Source of the DNA: Minisyncoccota bacterium | Lineage (GTDB): Bacteria; Patescibacteriota; Minisyncoccia; Phycocordibacterales; JBAZVT01 | Assembly (NCBI GenBank): GCA_041660745.1 | Contig: JBAZVT010000003.1 | Coordinates: 1,880 to 65,879, forward strand | Direction: 5' to 3' | Length of the DNA: 64,000 nt | In this document: piece by piece, positions 1-9,854 of the stretch | Numbering within the stretch: position 1 is the first letter of the stretch | Layout of the letters: each line of letters starts with the position of its first letter | Program-made: the position numbers and the translations under genes | Notes under the pieces: model-generated | What the model was told of the DNA's origin: nothing | Seen by the model: the letters and a program-made list of their open reading frames with translations, nothing else | Databases searched by the model: none

Positions 1-117
1 TGAGTCCATACTGACACCTTCTTCGGTGACCATTCCAGTCTGGCGCATGAGGGCGTCGGTAAGGGTTGTCTTGCCGTGGTCAACGTGTGCGATGATTGCT
101 ATATTTCTGATTTCCAT
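1..117 (-). CDS. typA: Translational GTPase BipA/TypA, N-terminal fragment (gene continues beyond window start)
   Basis: Reverse complement of 1-117 translates [39 protein letters not shown], the G1 P-loop (AHVDHGKTT) and VMDS signature of BipA N-termini. ATG is complement of 115-117. Confidence 0.65.
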   Translation of the reverse strand, partial: MEIRNIAIIAHVDHGKTTLTDALMRQTGMVTEEGVSMDS

Positions 118-182
118 TTTGATAAAAAATACTTAAATTACGGAACTAAAAAAACGCCTCTCGGCTGTTTATGTGTGTATAA

Positions 183-1559
<1,377 letters not shown>

Positions 1560-1570
1560 AATTTTTTAGC

Positions 1571-1607
1571 AAAAAAATGACCGCATTGTAAGCGGTCATT
1601 TTTTTTG
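1571..1607. terminator. Rho-independent terminator hairpin between eno and gpmI
   Basis: aaaaaaaTGACCGCattgtaaGCGGTCAtttttttt: perfect 7-bp GC-rich stem flanked by A and T tracts (bidirectional). Confidence 0.6.
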
Positions 1608-1640
1608 CTCATTTTTCCTTTTTTTCGTATACTTAAATAC

Positions 1641-3161
1641 ATGAAATCAAATCATGGGAAACAAACAGCCTTAATTGTTTTAGACGGGTGGGGCTATCGA
1701 GAAGAAACAAAAGACAATGCCATTGCGGCTGCAAAAAAGCCGAATTTTGATAGGTTGTGGAACATGTATCCTCATACTACCTTAGAGGCGAGCGGGCTCG
1801 CTGTGGGGCTTCCAGAAGGTCAAATGGGTAACAGTGAAGTCGGGCATACTACTATTGGTGCGGGGGCGATTATGGATACTGACTTGGTGAGAATTTCAAA
1901 ATCCGCTAATACTGGTGAGTTTGAAAAAAATCCCGCTTTCAGTACTCTTTTTGAACATGTAAAGAAAAATAATAGCACGTTACATTTTTGCGGACTTATT
2001 GGTCCAGGTGGCGTGCACGCACACAGCGAACATCTCTTTGCATTACTTCGCAGCGCAAAGAACTCGGGTCTTTCTAGAGTAACCGTGCATGCATTTATGG
2101 ATGGTAGGGACACACCCCCACAAAGTGGATCTGGATATCTCAAAGAGCTCGAAGAAAAAATTGCGGAAATTGGCGTGGGACATATTGCAACAGTTTCTGG
2201 TAGGTACTACGCAATGGATCGTGATAGTAATTGGGATCGATTGGCGCAAGCAGAGGCGGCGATATTCTTTGCAAAGGGGAATGAATTTTCTGGCTCCGCA
2301 TCAGCCTATATGGAGCTGCAATATCAGAATGCGGTTGTAGATGAACATGTGATTCCTGCGGTGTGTACAGATATTGGGGCGGGATCATCTATTATCGAAA
2401 AAAATGACGGTGTTTGCTTCTTCAATTTTCGTGCTGATCGTGCTCGCATGTTTACACGTCACTTGTCGGAGAAAATTGTTACTGAAAATTTATTCATAGC
2501 AACGATGACTGTATATGATGAGGCTGTACCTGTATCTGCCGTCGCTTTTCCTCCGATTTCTATTACTGAGACTCTTGCAAAATCTATTTCAGAAGCTGGG
2601 TTATCACAAGTACATGTTGCGGAAACAGAGAAATTTGCGCATGCGACATACTTCCTTAATGGTGGGCATGAGCAACCATATCCAGGGGAAGAACACGTGT
2701 TAATTCCAAGTCACAAAGATGTTGCGACACACGATCTTGCTCCAGAGATGCGTGCTGCGGAAATTGCAGATAAGGTTGTTGAATATATAGAAAAGGGAAC
2801 TGATTTTATTTTTATCAATTTTGCAAACCCAGACATGGTGGGGCATACAGCAAACGTCCCTGCGATTATTACTGCGATTGAGGCAGTGGATACTGTCTTA
2901 GGGAAAGTTATTACTGTCCTAGAAAGGAAAGGTGGAGTTGCTTTTATTACGGCAGATCACGGAAACGCAGAAGTGAATATTGATCCAGAAACAGGGAAGA
3001 GACATACTGCTCACACCACAAATCCTGTCCCGGCAATTCTTACAGAGGTGGGGACTGTTCTCCGGGATGGTTGTGGACTTTCACATATCGCCGCAACAGT
3101 TTTGCAGGTTATGGGTGTTGATGTGCCACGAGAGATGACGGGGAAGAGTTTGATTGGGTAA
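1641..3161 (+). CDS. gpmI: 2,3-bisphosphoglycerate-independent phosphoglycerate mutase
   Basis: Start at MKSNHGKQTALIVLDGWGYRE, then NSEVGHTTIGAG (iPGM metalloenzyme motifs). ~506 aa, downstream of eno. Confidence 0.9.
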   Translation: MKSNHGKQTALIVLDGWGYREETKDNAIAAAKKPNFDRLWNMYPHTTLEASGLAVGLPEGQMGNSEVGHTTIGAGAIMDTDLVRISKSANTGEFEKNPAFSTLFEHVKKNNSTLHFCGLIGPGGVHAHSEHLFALLRSAKNSGLSRVTVHAFMDGRDTPPQSGSGYLKELEEKIAEIGVGHIATVSGRYYAMDRDSNWDRLAQAEAAIFFAKGNEFSGSASAYMELQYQNAVVDEHVIPAVCTDIGAGSSIIEKNDGVCFFNFRADRARMFTRHLSEKIVTENLFIATMTVYDEAVPVSAVAFPPISITETLAKSISEAGLSQVHVAETEKFAHATYFLNGGHEQPYPGEEHVLIPSHKDVATHDLAPEMRAAEIADKVVEYIEKGTDFIFINFANPDMVGHTANVPAIITAIEAVDTVLGKVITVLERKGGVAFITADHGNAEVNIDPETGKRHTAHTTNPVPAILTEVGTVLRDGCGLSHIAATVLQVMGVDVPREMTGKSLIG

Positions 3162-3182
3162 TGTTGGACGTGTATAAAAAAT

Positions 3183-3212
3183 CTAAAAACCTCAAGATTG
3201 TTGGTCTTGGGG
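3183..3212. terminator. Terminator-like hairpin after gpmI
   Basis: aaaaccTcaaga-ttgttgg-tcttggGgtttt: near-perfect inverted repeat with a T-run. Confidence 0.4.
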
Positions 3213-3317
3213 TTTTGTGTTTAGCGGTTGATTATGAAGAAAAAATAACAGGTGTCTTCATGATTCCTACATGATTAGTGGCTCAAAATATGATGTAATA
3301 GGGTGCCCCTTGTTTTT

Positions 3318-3347
3318 CATGAAGATTATTCATATAATCTTCATGTG
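3318..3347. promoter_or_regulatory. 10-bp-stem palindrome containing a TATAAT hexamer, 45 bp upstream of the response regulator gene
   Basis: tcatgaagatt-attcatataat-cttcatga: perfect 10-bp arms. Candidate operator/promoter element. Confidence 0.25.
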
Positions 3348-3390
3348 ATATTCCTACTGTAGAAGAGTAATAGTTTAATATACATTTTAT

Positions 3391-4059
3391 ATGCGAATAC
3401 TAATTGTTGATGATGATGAGAGTATGGGCAAGATGCTCCAAAAGGGTTTAGAAAAAATGGGTTACGCCGCAGATTATCTTTCAGATCCGGAATTGGCAGA
3501 ACGCCGTCTAAGTGTTTCTCATATGGATTATGACGCTGTTATTCTAGACCTCATGATGCCTAAGAAGACTGGTTTTGAAGTTGCAAAAAGTCTTCGTTCT
3601 CAGAAGATTGGTATTCCTATTCTTGTCCTCTCTGGCAAGTATGATATCAATGACAAGGTTGCTGCCCTTGATAGTGGGGCAGATGACTATATGGTTAAGC
3701 CATTTTCTCTTGATGAAGTTGTTGCTCGTATTAGAGCGTTGCTACGTCGTCCAAAAGAAGTGATTCCTGAAGTAATGCATACACGAAACATTACTCTTGA
3801 CCCAGCAACGCGCACTGTTACGGTGAACAACAAAGCAATTGAGCTGACTGTAAAGGAGTTCTCCCTCTTAGAATATTTAATGCGTCATCCTGGACAAGTA
3901 GTAAATCGTAATCAAATTCTTGACCATCTTTGGGGTTTTGATTTTGACTCATTTTCAAACGTTGTTGATGTGCATGTGAAAAACCTGCGTCGTAAGCTTG
4001 GTGGTGCAAAGTCGCCAATAGAAACCATTCGTGGTGTGGGGTATAGGATTAAGACTTAA
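3391..4059 (+). CDS. OmpR-family two-component response regulator (REC + winged-helix)
   Basis: MRILIVDDDESMGKML with Asp pocket and phospho-acceptor context LDLMMP. C-terminal trans_reg_C wHTH (VHVKNLRRKL...GVGYRI). Confidence 0.85.
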   Translation: MRILIVDDDESMGKMLQKGLEKMGYAADYLSDPELAERRLSVSHMDYDAVILDLMMPKKTGFEVAKSLRSQKIGIPILVLSGKYDINDKVAALDSGADDYMVKPFSLDEVVARIRALLRRPKEVIPEVMHTRNITLDPATRTVTVNNKAIELTVKEFSLLEYLMRHPGQVVNRNQILDHLWGFDFDSFSNVVDVHVKNLRRKLGGAKSPIETIRGVGYRIKT

Positions 4060-4092
4060 TATAGAGTAATAGGATAAAGAGTAATTAAGCAG

Positions 4093-4139
4093 GCAAGACA
4101 AGCCGCGCCCCGCAAGGGCGCGGCTTGTCTTGCTATTTT
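4093..4139. terminator. Rho-independent terminator
   Basis: GCAAGACAAGCCGCGCCCcgcaaGGGCGCGGCTTGTCTTGCtattttc: 18-bp perfect stem plus T tract. Confidence 0.65.
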
Positions 4140-4186
4140 CTCCTTACGTTGCATACTATTTTGAGATATTTGATTTGTCTGTATAA

Positions 4187-5326
4187 TTGCTTCAAATGGC
4201 TTCAGAGAATCTTCACGGAAGAAAAATTTTTAATCATGCAGGAAGTATCGCTGCGAGTAGTTTTTTTCTTTTTATAGCATTGGGCGCTCTCGCTGTTTGC
4301 GCTTTTTTTGCAGAAAGTGTGTTTGAGCAGATTAAGGCAAAAGCTGCTACTGCCTCGGCCAGCCCTTTGGTAAAATTTAAAACAGACTCTGGCAAAAAAC
4401 CTCAATTTATTCTTCTTGGTTTTGATGGATCACGTTCTCTGGATGCGTGGGAAAAGATTCTAGATTTTTCGCAAGAAATGAAGGGGATTGGTACACATGT
4501 TAATTTTACTTTTTTTATAAGCGGAGTGTATTTATTGGATGAACAGAATAAAGATATATACAAAGATCCACTTGGAAGCATTGGGCGGTCTCTTATTGGT
4601 TTTGGAAGATCAGATGACATTGCTCCGCGGGTATCTTTTATTAATAGGGCAATTACTGATGGGCATGAAATCGGTTCTCACGCCAATGGGCATTTTAGTG
4701 GGCATCGGTGGACGTTTGAACAATGGATGCAAGAATTTACATCTTTTAATTTTTTGATTGATGCCATTAAAACAAATAACAGTAATTTGGTTTTACGCGA
4801 ATCTTTGCGAGTTTCCTCGGGCGACATTATTGGTTTCCGTGCACCAGAACTCGCTACCAATGTAAACATGTATCACGCGCTAGCCTCATCAAGTTTTGTG
4901 TATGATGCAAGTGGTATCTCACAAAAAACAGATTGGCCAAAACGAGATAAATTCGGTATATGGCATATTCCATTGTCTACTATTTTCTTGAATCCGGGTC
5001 GTATTCCTACTATTACTATGGATTATAGTGTTTTTATGACTCAAACAGACGCTCAGGACACTGTCTTGAAAGATTCTCCTGAGTGGATGAGACTATATGA
5101 ACAGTTGTCTGGTGCGTACCGGGAATTGTTTGATGGTGTATATGACGGCGGAAGAGAGCCTATTGCTATTGGACATCATTTCTCGGAATGGAATAGTGGG
5201 GTGTACTGGGAAGTTATGAAAGATTTTATTCGTGAAGAATGCGGAAAACCAGAAGTTAATTGTGTGACATACAAGGAGTTGGTGGGGTATATGGAGGCAC
5301 AAGAAAAGAGTCTGGTGAGTTTATAA
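4187..5326 (+). CDS. Polysaccharide deacetylase family protein (CE4/NodB-like) with N-terminal membrane anchor
   Basis: LLGFDGSRS (TFDDG-like motif), HEIGSHANGH (HEIG metal-binding motif), N-terminal hydrophobic helix. Likely start MASENL at 4196. Confidence 0.55.
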   Translation: MLQMASENLHGRKIFNHAGSIAASSFFLFIALGALAVCAFFAESVFEQIKAKAATASASPLVKFKTDSGKKPQFILLGFDGSRSLDAWEKILDFSQEMKGIGTHVNFTFFISGVYLLDEQNKDIYKDPLGSIGRSLIGFGRSDDIAPRVSFINRAITDGHEIGSHANGHFSGHRWTFEQWMQEFTSFNFLIDAIKTNNSNLVLRESLRVSSGDIIGFRAPELATNVNMYHALASSSFVYDASGISQKTDWPKRDKFGIWHIPLSTIFLNPGRIPTITMDYSVFMTQTDAQDTVLKDSPEWMRLYEQLSGAYRELFDGVYDGGREPIAIGHHFSEWNSGVYWEVMKDFIREECGKPEVNCVTYKELVGYMEAQEKSLVSL

Positions 5327-5362
5327 AAAGAGTGGAAATATCCACTCTTTTTATTTTATTTT
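5327..5362. terminator. Bidirectional terminator between convergent deacetylase and kinase genes
   Basis: aaaagAGTGGAaatatTCCACTctttttatttt. Confidence 0.5.
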
Positions 5363-6475
5363 TTTTGCTGAGTCTTTAATGTTGGGAAGCAGAATAAAAA
5401 ATGTTGTTCCGGCGTGGACTTTTGAGGTAAACCATATTGTCCCGCCCATTTTATCAATAATCGTTTTTACAATATATAGACCCAAGCCCGTTCCTTCTAC
5501 CTTCATGTTTTTGATATTTTTTGCACGATATAGTTTGGTAAATATATTTTTTTGTTCGTGAACGGGGATACCGTAACCATTATCTTTTATGGTAACTAAG
5601 ATCCCATTTTTAATTGACATTTTTTTAGACTGAGTGCAGTGTTGTTGGACTTCAATGGTAACTTTTCCTTTGGTGGGGGTGTATTTTAAGGCGTTTGAAA
5701 TGATATTTTGGATGACAATTCTAGTCAATTTCTCATCAATATTTAACACAGAGTCTTTTAGGTGGGATATAAATTGGAAGTGTATGTTTTTTTCTTTCGC
5801 AATATGATACTGCTCATGCATAATATCTTCGATCATTTTTTCTATATCAGTTTCGTGTGCTTCAATAGAAAATGTTCCTCCTTCAATTTTTGAAATATCG
5901 AGGAGGTTGTTGACCAAATCTGTAAGTTTGTGATTGCTGTCGTGGATTTCTCGGATGTATTCTTTTTGTTCATCCGTCATATTCATGGTTGGGTCGAGAA
6001 GCATTTCTGCGCTCATATTGATAACGGAAAGTGGCCCTCTGAATTGATGTGAAAGGAATGAAATAAATTCGGTTTTTGCTTTATCAATTTCTTTTTCTCG
6101 CGTAATATCCCGTTCTATAGCGAGGAAAAATCTTACATTTCCTTTTGAATCTATAATGGGAGATAGGTGCATTTGTGCTATGTATGTAGAACCATTTTTT
6201 CTTCGGTTCGTGATTTCATATGAGAAATTCTTTTTTTCAATAAGAATTGTCTTCCACAATTCTTTATAAAAATTCTGTGGCATGACTCCGCCCCAAAGTG
6301 ATGGTTTGTGTCCAATGATTTCCTCTTTTGTATATCCCGTCATCTTTTCGCCGACGTGATTTACATAAATGATAGTCCCTTCTTTGTCCGTAATAAAAAT
6401 ATGGTCAAACGCTTGTTCAACAGCGTTCTTAAATAGTTCTGACGAAATTGTGTTGGTAGGTTCGTTCATAGACAA
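5351..6475 (-). CDS. Cytoplasmic PAS-domain sensor histidine kinase
   Basis: PAS (FITDKEGTIIYVNHVGEKMTGYTKEEIIGHKP). HisKA H-box (LSHQFRGPL), N-box (NALKYTP), G1 (DNGYGIP), G2 (GTGLGL). No transmembrane segment. Confidence 0.85.
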   Translation of the reverse strand: MSMNEPTNTISSELFKNAVEQAFDHIFITDKEGTIIYVNHVGEKMTGYTKEEIIGHKPSLWGGVMPQNFYKELWKTILIEKKNFSYEITNRRKNGSTYIAQMHLSPIIDSKGNVRFFLAIERDITREKEIDKAKTEFISFLSHQFRGPLSVINMSAEMLLDPTMNMTDEQKEYIREIHDSNHKLTDLVNNLLDISKIEGGTFSIEAHETDIEKMIEDIMHEQYHIAKEKNIHFQFISHLKDSVLNIDEKLTRIVIQNIISNALKYTPTKGKVTIEVQQHCTQSKKMSIKNGILVTIKDNGYGIPVHEQKNIFTKLYRAKNIKNMKVEGTGLGLYIVKTIIDKMGGTIWFTSKVHAGTTFFILLPNIKDSAKKIK

Positions 6476-6683
6476 GTTCTTTTTTTATGCCAATAAGTCA
6501 TTATTAAGAAATTGTTTCAGAATTATGAAGATGTAGTATTGTATCTATGTGGCTAAATTAAGCCATATAACGTAATTTATTAATACAGTTTTACTATATA
6601 CATGAAGTATGTGATTTCTGTGTTTATTGTATACTTCATGAGAATAAATTGCAACTTTGTCAATAGCACGTTAGTATAAACTC

Positions 6684-7322
6684 ATGAAAGATGGAGATAT
6701 TGTTTTGGTTGATAAGCCGAAGGGTATTACATCGTTTGATGTGATACGGAAGTTGTGGCGAACATATGGAAAGATGAAAATGGGGCATGCGGGGACACTT
6801 GATCCAAATGCAACTGGTCTCATGATACTTGCAGTTGGGTCTGCAACAAAGCGCTTAAATGAATTTTTGAAACTGCCCAAGTGTTATGAGGCAGAAATAC
6901 AGTTCGGTATACAGACTGACAGTGGCGATTGCACAGGGAAGATTATTGCAACTACAGATACTGAAGGTCTATCCACACAGCGAATTACAGATACTCTTGT
7001 GGGGATGAAAGGAACACTTGAACTTGCAGTGCCAATGTACTCGGCAATAAAAAAAGATGGGAAAGCGTTGTATGCGTATGCTCGTGCCGGAGAAGCTGTG
7101 GTGGTTCCTGTAAAACCGATGACTATTCGTAATGCGCATTGGGATGGGTATGATTCGGTGACAGCTCGAGCAAAAGTATTCTTTGATGTGGAAAGCGGGA
7201 CGTATATTCGTACCCTTGCAGAGGAATTAGGAAGACGAATGAATACTGTTGCGACATTGGTTGAGCTTCGTCGGCTTTCAATTGGAGAATATAAAGTTGA
7301 AGGTGCTTTAAAATTGGAATAA
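6684..7322 (+). CDS. truB: tRNA pseudouridine(55) synthase TruB (short form, no PUA domain)
   Basis: VDKPKGITSFDVIRKL, GHAGTLDPNATGLMILAVGSATK with catalytic Asp motif. Confidence 0.85.
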   Translation: MKDGDIVLVDKPKGITSFDVIRKLWRTYGKMKMGHAGTLDPNATGLMILAVGSATKRLNEFLKLPKCYEAEIQFGIQTDSGDCTGKIIATTDTEGLSTQRITDTLVGMKGTLELAVPMYSAIKKDGKALYAYARAGEAVVVPVKPMTIRNAHWDGYDSVTARAKVFFDVESGTYIRTLAEELGRRMNTVATLVELRRLSIGEYKVEGALKLE

Positions 7323-7398
7323 TAAAGGGTATCCACTCCAGGGCAGATCCCTGGACCATTTTTGGAATTCGCAGACTCGCCCAAAACTATAGCAGAGC

Positions 7399-7483
7399 TA
7401 TAGGGTATTTACCCTTTGATGCCTTCCTCGGCTCGGAAGTGAGAAAGGGGACTTTCTCACTTCACTCACTCTACGTCAGCAAT
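7399..7483. repeat. Palindromic intergenic repeat, family 2 (AGGGTATTTACCCT + GCCTTCCTCGGCTCGGAA...CTACGTCAGCA)
   Basis: Same module recurs inverted at 30242-30325 and direct at 60876-60940. Confidence 0.6.
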
Positions 7484-7490
7484 AAGAGTC

Positions 7491-8213
7491 TTAGAAGGTC
7501 TTTTTAATGTATACGAGGTACTCTATATTGCCAGTTCCGCCAATAATAGGAGATTGGATTGATTCCCATTCTGATAGGTGGTTTGCAGTCGTCCAGGCGT
7601 GAATTTTCTCAAGTGCAGAATTGCGGGCGTTTTTGTCAGTCACAACGCCCTGTCTGTTGAGATTGTCTTGTCCCACTTCAAATTGTGGTTTTACAAGGGC
7701 TATAATTTCGGCATCGTTTTTTAATAATGTCAGTACTGCAGGTAGGACTTGTGTCAGGGAAATAAAAGAAACGTCTATGACTGCGAGATCAACCAGCTCG
7801 GGTAGTTGTACTTTCCTCACATCCATCTGTTCTAGGGTGATGACGCGCGAATCATTTCGTAGTGAAGCATCAAGTTGGTTTGTGCCGACATCAATGGCAT
7901 ATACTTTTTGTGCCCCCGCTTGCAATAGGCAGTCTGTAAAACCTCCGGTTGATGATCCGATATCTGCCACTACATATCCTGATGGTTTTACAGAAAATAC
8001 TTCTAAAGCTTTCTGTAATTTTTCACCACCACGACTCACAAAAGGAAGAGGTTTTATGATATGTATATCTAACTCCTCTTCAATTTCCTCGCTTGGTTTT
8101 ATAATTGATTTGTTATTAATGGTTACCAGGCCGCGTTTAATAAGCTCGGCTGCGGCGGTGCGAGAACGACAAAGCCCTTTTTTAAACATGAGAACATCGA
8201 CTCTTTTTTTCAT
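7491..8213 (-). CDS. tlyA: TlyA-family rRNA 2'-O-methyltransferase (S4 + FtsJ-like domains)
   Basis: N-terminal S4 RNA-binding (RVDVLMFKKGLCRSRTAAAELIKRGLVTIN). SAM motif VADIGSSTGGFTDCLL. Confidence 0.8.
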   Translation of the reverse strand: MKKRVDVLMFKKGLCRSRTAAAELIKRGLVTINNKSIIKPSEEIEEELDIHIIKPLPFVSRGGEKLQKALEVFSVKPSGYVVADIGSSTGGFTDCLLQAGAQKVYAIDVGTNQLDASLRNDSRVITLEQMDVRKVQLPELVDLAVIDVSFISLTQVLPAVLTLLKNDAEIIALVKPQFEVGQDNLNRQGVVTDKNARNSALEKIHAWTTANHLSEWESIQSPIIGGTGNIEYLVYIKKTF

Positions 8214-8295
8214 CAGTAACCAGCATACCGTAAATTTTCTGTAAAATCTAATCCTGAGCTAAAATATAACTATTTTACTACTTTCATTTTTGTAC

Positions 8296-8315
8296 TTGAA
8301 TTTGGGTGGTATAAT
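8296..8315 (+). promoter_or_regulatory. Extended -10 promoter (TGgTATAAT) immediately upstream of the ECF sigma start; leaderless or near-leaderless transcript
   Basis: tggtataat at 8307-8315, only 4-7 nt before ATG at 8320/8323. No properly spaced -35. Confidence 0.3.
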
Positions 8316-8319
8316 CCAC

Positions 8320-8886
8320 ATGATGGAAAAAACCGATGAAGAACTTGTCAAAGAGTATAATGTCACCGGGGACACAGATGTATTTGAGGTGCTTGTGAGG
8401 CGGTATGGTAAGTCTATATATAATTTTATCTATCGATATGTTGGCGCTGATTCTTACTCGAATGATTTGGCTCAAGATACGTTTGTAAAAATGTGGAAGA
8501 ATATAAAAAAATTTGATGGTAATAAACGATTTAAAACATGGATATTCCAGATTGCAAAAAATACCGCTTTAGATTGGCTAAAGTCGAAACATTCAAAAAC
8601 TTTTTCTGAGATTGAGGCTCTTATGGGTCTCGACGAGGAGTATTTGTTTGAGGTTATTGATACCGAACCTCTTCCTGATGAGTTAGTGGGAAGAAAGGAA
8701 TTAAAAAAAGAAGTTGAGCAAGCTCTTGTAAATATTAATCCAGAATATCGTGCTGTTGTTTCTTTGCATATTTTTTCAGATCTTACGTTTCAAGAGATAT
8801 CAGATATTACAGGGGTGTCAGTGCATACAGTAAAAAGTCGTTATAGGAGGGCACTCATAATGCTTAAAAAACATCTTATGCCGTAG
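8320..8886 (+). CDS. ECF-subfamily RNA polymerase sigma-70 factor
   Basis: Sigma70 region 2 (DLAQDTFVKMWKNIKKFD) and region 4 HTH (FQEISDITGVSVHTVKSRYRRALIMLK). Confidence 0.85.
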   Translation: MMEKTDEELVKEYNVTGDTDVFEVLVRRYGKSIYNFIYRYVGADSYSNDLAQDTFVKMWKNIKKFDGNKRFKTWIFQIAKNTALDWLKSKHSKTFSEIEALMGLDEEYLFEVIDTEPLPDELVGRKELKKEVEQALVNINPEYRAVVSLHIFSDLTFQEISDITGVSVHTVKSRYRRALIMLKKHLMP

Positions 8887-9329
8887 TGCACCAAAGCCTT
8901 CCTCTGTGTCGTACTATAAACATGAATGAATATGAGAAATTAATTCAATGTATACCAGATATACACCCCAGGGAAGATTTTGTGGAGGTGGTTATGTTAC
9001 GAGTTAAAAAAGAATTATACATGCGAGCATGGAGACGTTTTGTTACCGGTTCGTTTTTTGCGGTAGCTTCTTTTGTGGCTCTCGTTCCTGCGGTTGTACA
9101 GTTGTACTCCACATGGTTTCAGTCTGGTTCCGCAGAGATAATCTCCCTTGTTTTTTCAGATTTTACTATCGTGACTACCTACTGGAAAGAATTTCTGCTG
9201 TCGTTTGTAGAATCGGTGCCATTTATTCCTTTTGTGGCGGTGTTGGCTTCAGTGTGGGTATTTCTCGTTTCGGTGAGAAGTTTGTTTAAAATACCGACAA
9301 AATCTTTTGGCTTGTTATTCAATAAGTAA
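8886..9329 (+). CDS. Putative membrane-anchored anti-sigma factor (one TM helix), translationally coupled to the ECF sigma gene
   Basis: GTG at 8886 overlaps the sigma stop (TAGTG); alternative ATG at 8922 (MNEYEKL). Central TM helix FFAVASFVALVPAVV. Position-based call, no zinc-finger motif. Confidence 0.4.
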   Translation: MHQSLPLCRTINMNEYEKLIQCIPDIHPREDFVEVVMLRVKKELYMRAWRRFVTGSFFAVASFVALVPAVVQLYSTWFQSGSAEIISLVFSDFTIVTTYWKEFLLSFVESVPFIPFVAVLASVWVFLVSVRSLFKIPTKSFGLLFNK

Positions 9330-9339
9330 TTATTATCAT

Positions 9340-9852
9340 ATGGATTTAGATATAAAAAAGGGAGTTCAGTCAAAAACATTTAAATGGGTTTTGTATAGCA
9401 TAGGAATTTTTCTTATATTAGTTATTGTTTTTCGTGCAGGTATGTTCGTTGGCTTTTATCAGGCGAAATTCTTGGGTAATTGGAATAATAATTATTCTAA
9501 TAATTTTATTGGTCCACGAGAAGGCTTTGGAAGAATGGGACCTGGTGGCACAATGGATTTTAGAGATGACGCCTTTTTTAATTCTCACGGTGTTGTGGGA
9601 TCTGTCTTAAAGACGGCATCCTCATCTTTTATTATTGTGGGGAATGACGGTGTTGAGAAAAAGGTTATTGTTGGTAAAGAAACATCGATACGAAAATTTC
9701 GAGATGAGATTAAGGTTTCGGACATTATTGTTGATGATCAGGTTGTTGTTTTTGGGGCTCCCAATAGCGCTGGACAGATTGAAGCTCGACTTATAAGGAT
9801 TGCACCCATGCCAATGAATGGAAAAGCTTTGCCAAAATCATTTATTCAATAA
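9340..9852 (+). CDS. Hypothetical membrane protein (N-terminal TM)
   Basis: MDLDIKKGVQSKTFKWVLYSIGIFLILVIVF; no recognisable domain. Confidence 0.45.
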   Translation: MDLDIKKGVQSKTFKWVLYSIGIFLILVIVFRAGMFVGFYQAKFLGNWNNNYSNNFIGPREGFGRMGPGGTMDFRDDAFFNSHGVVGSVLKTASSSFIIVGNDGVEKKVIVGKETSIRKFRDEIKVSDIIVDDQVVVFGAPNSAGQIEARLIRIAPMPMNGKALPKSFIQ

Positions 9853-9854
9853 GT

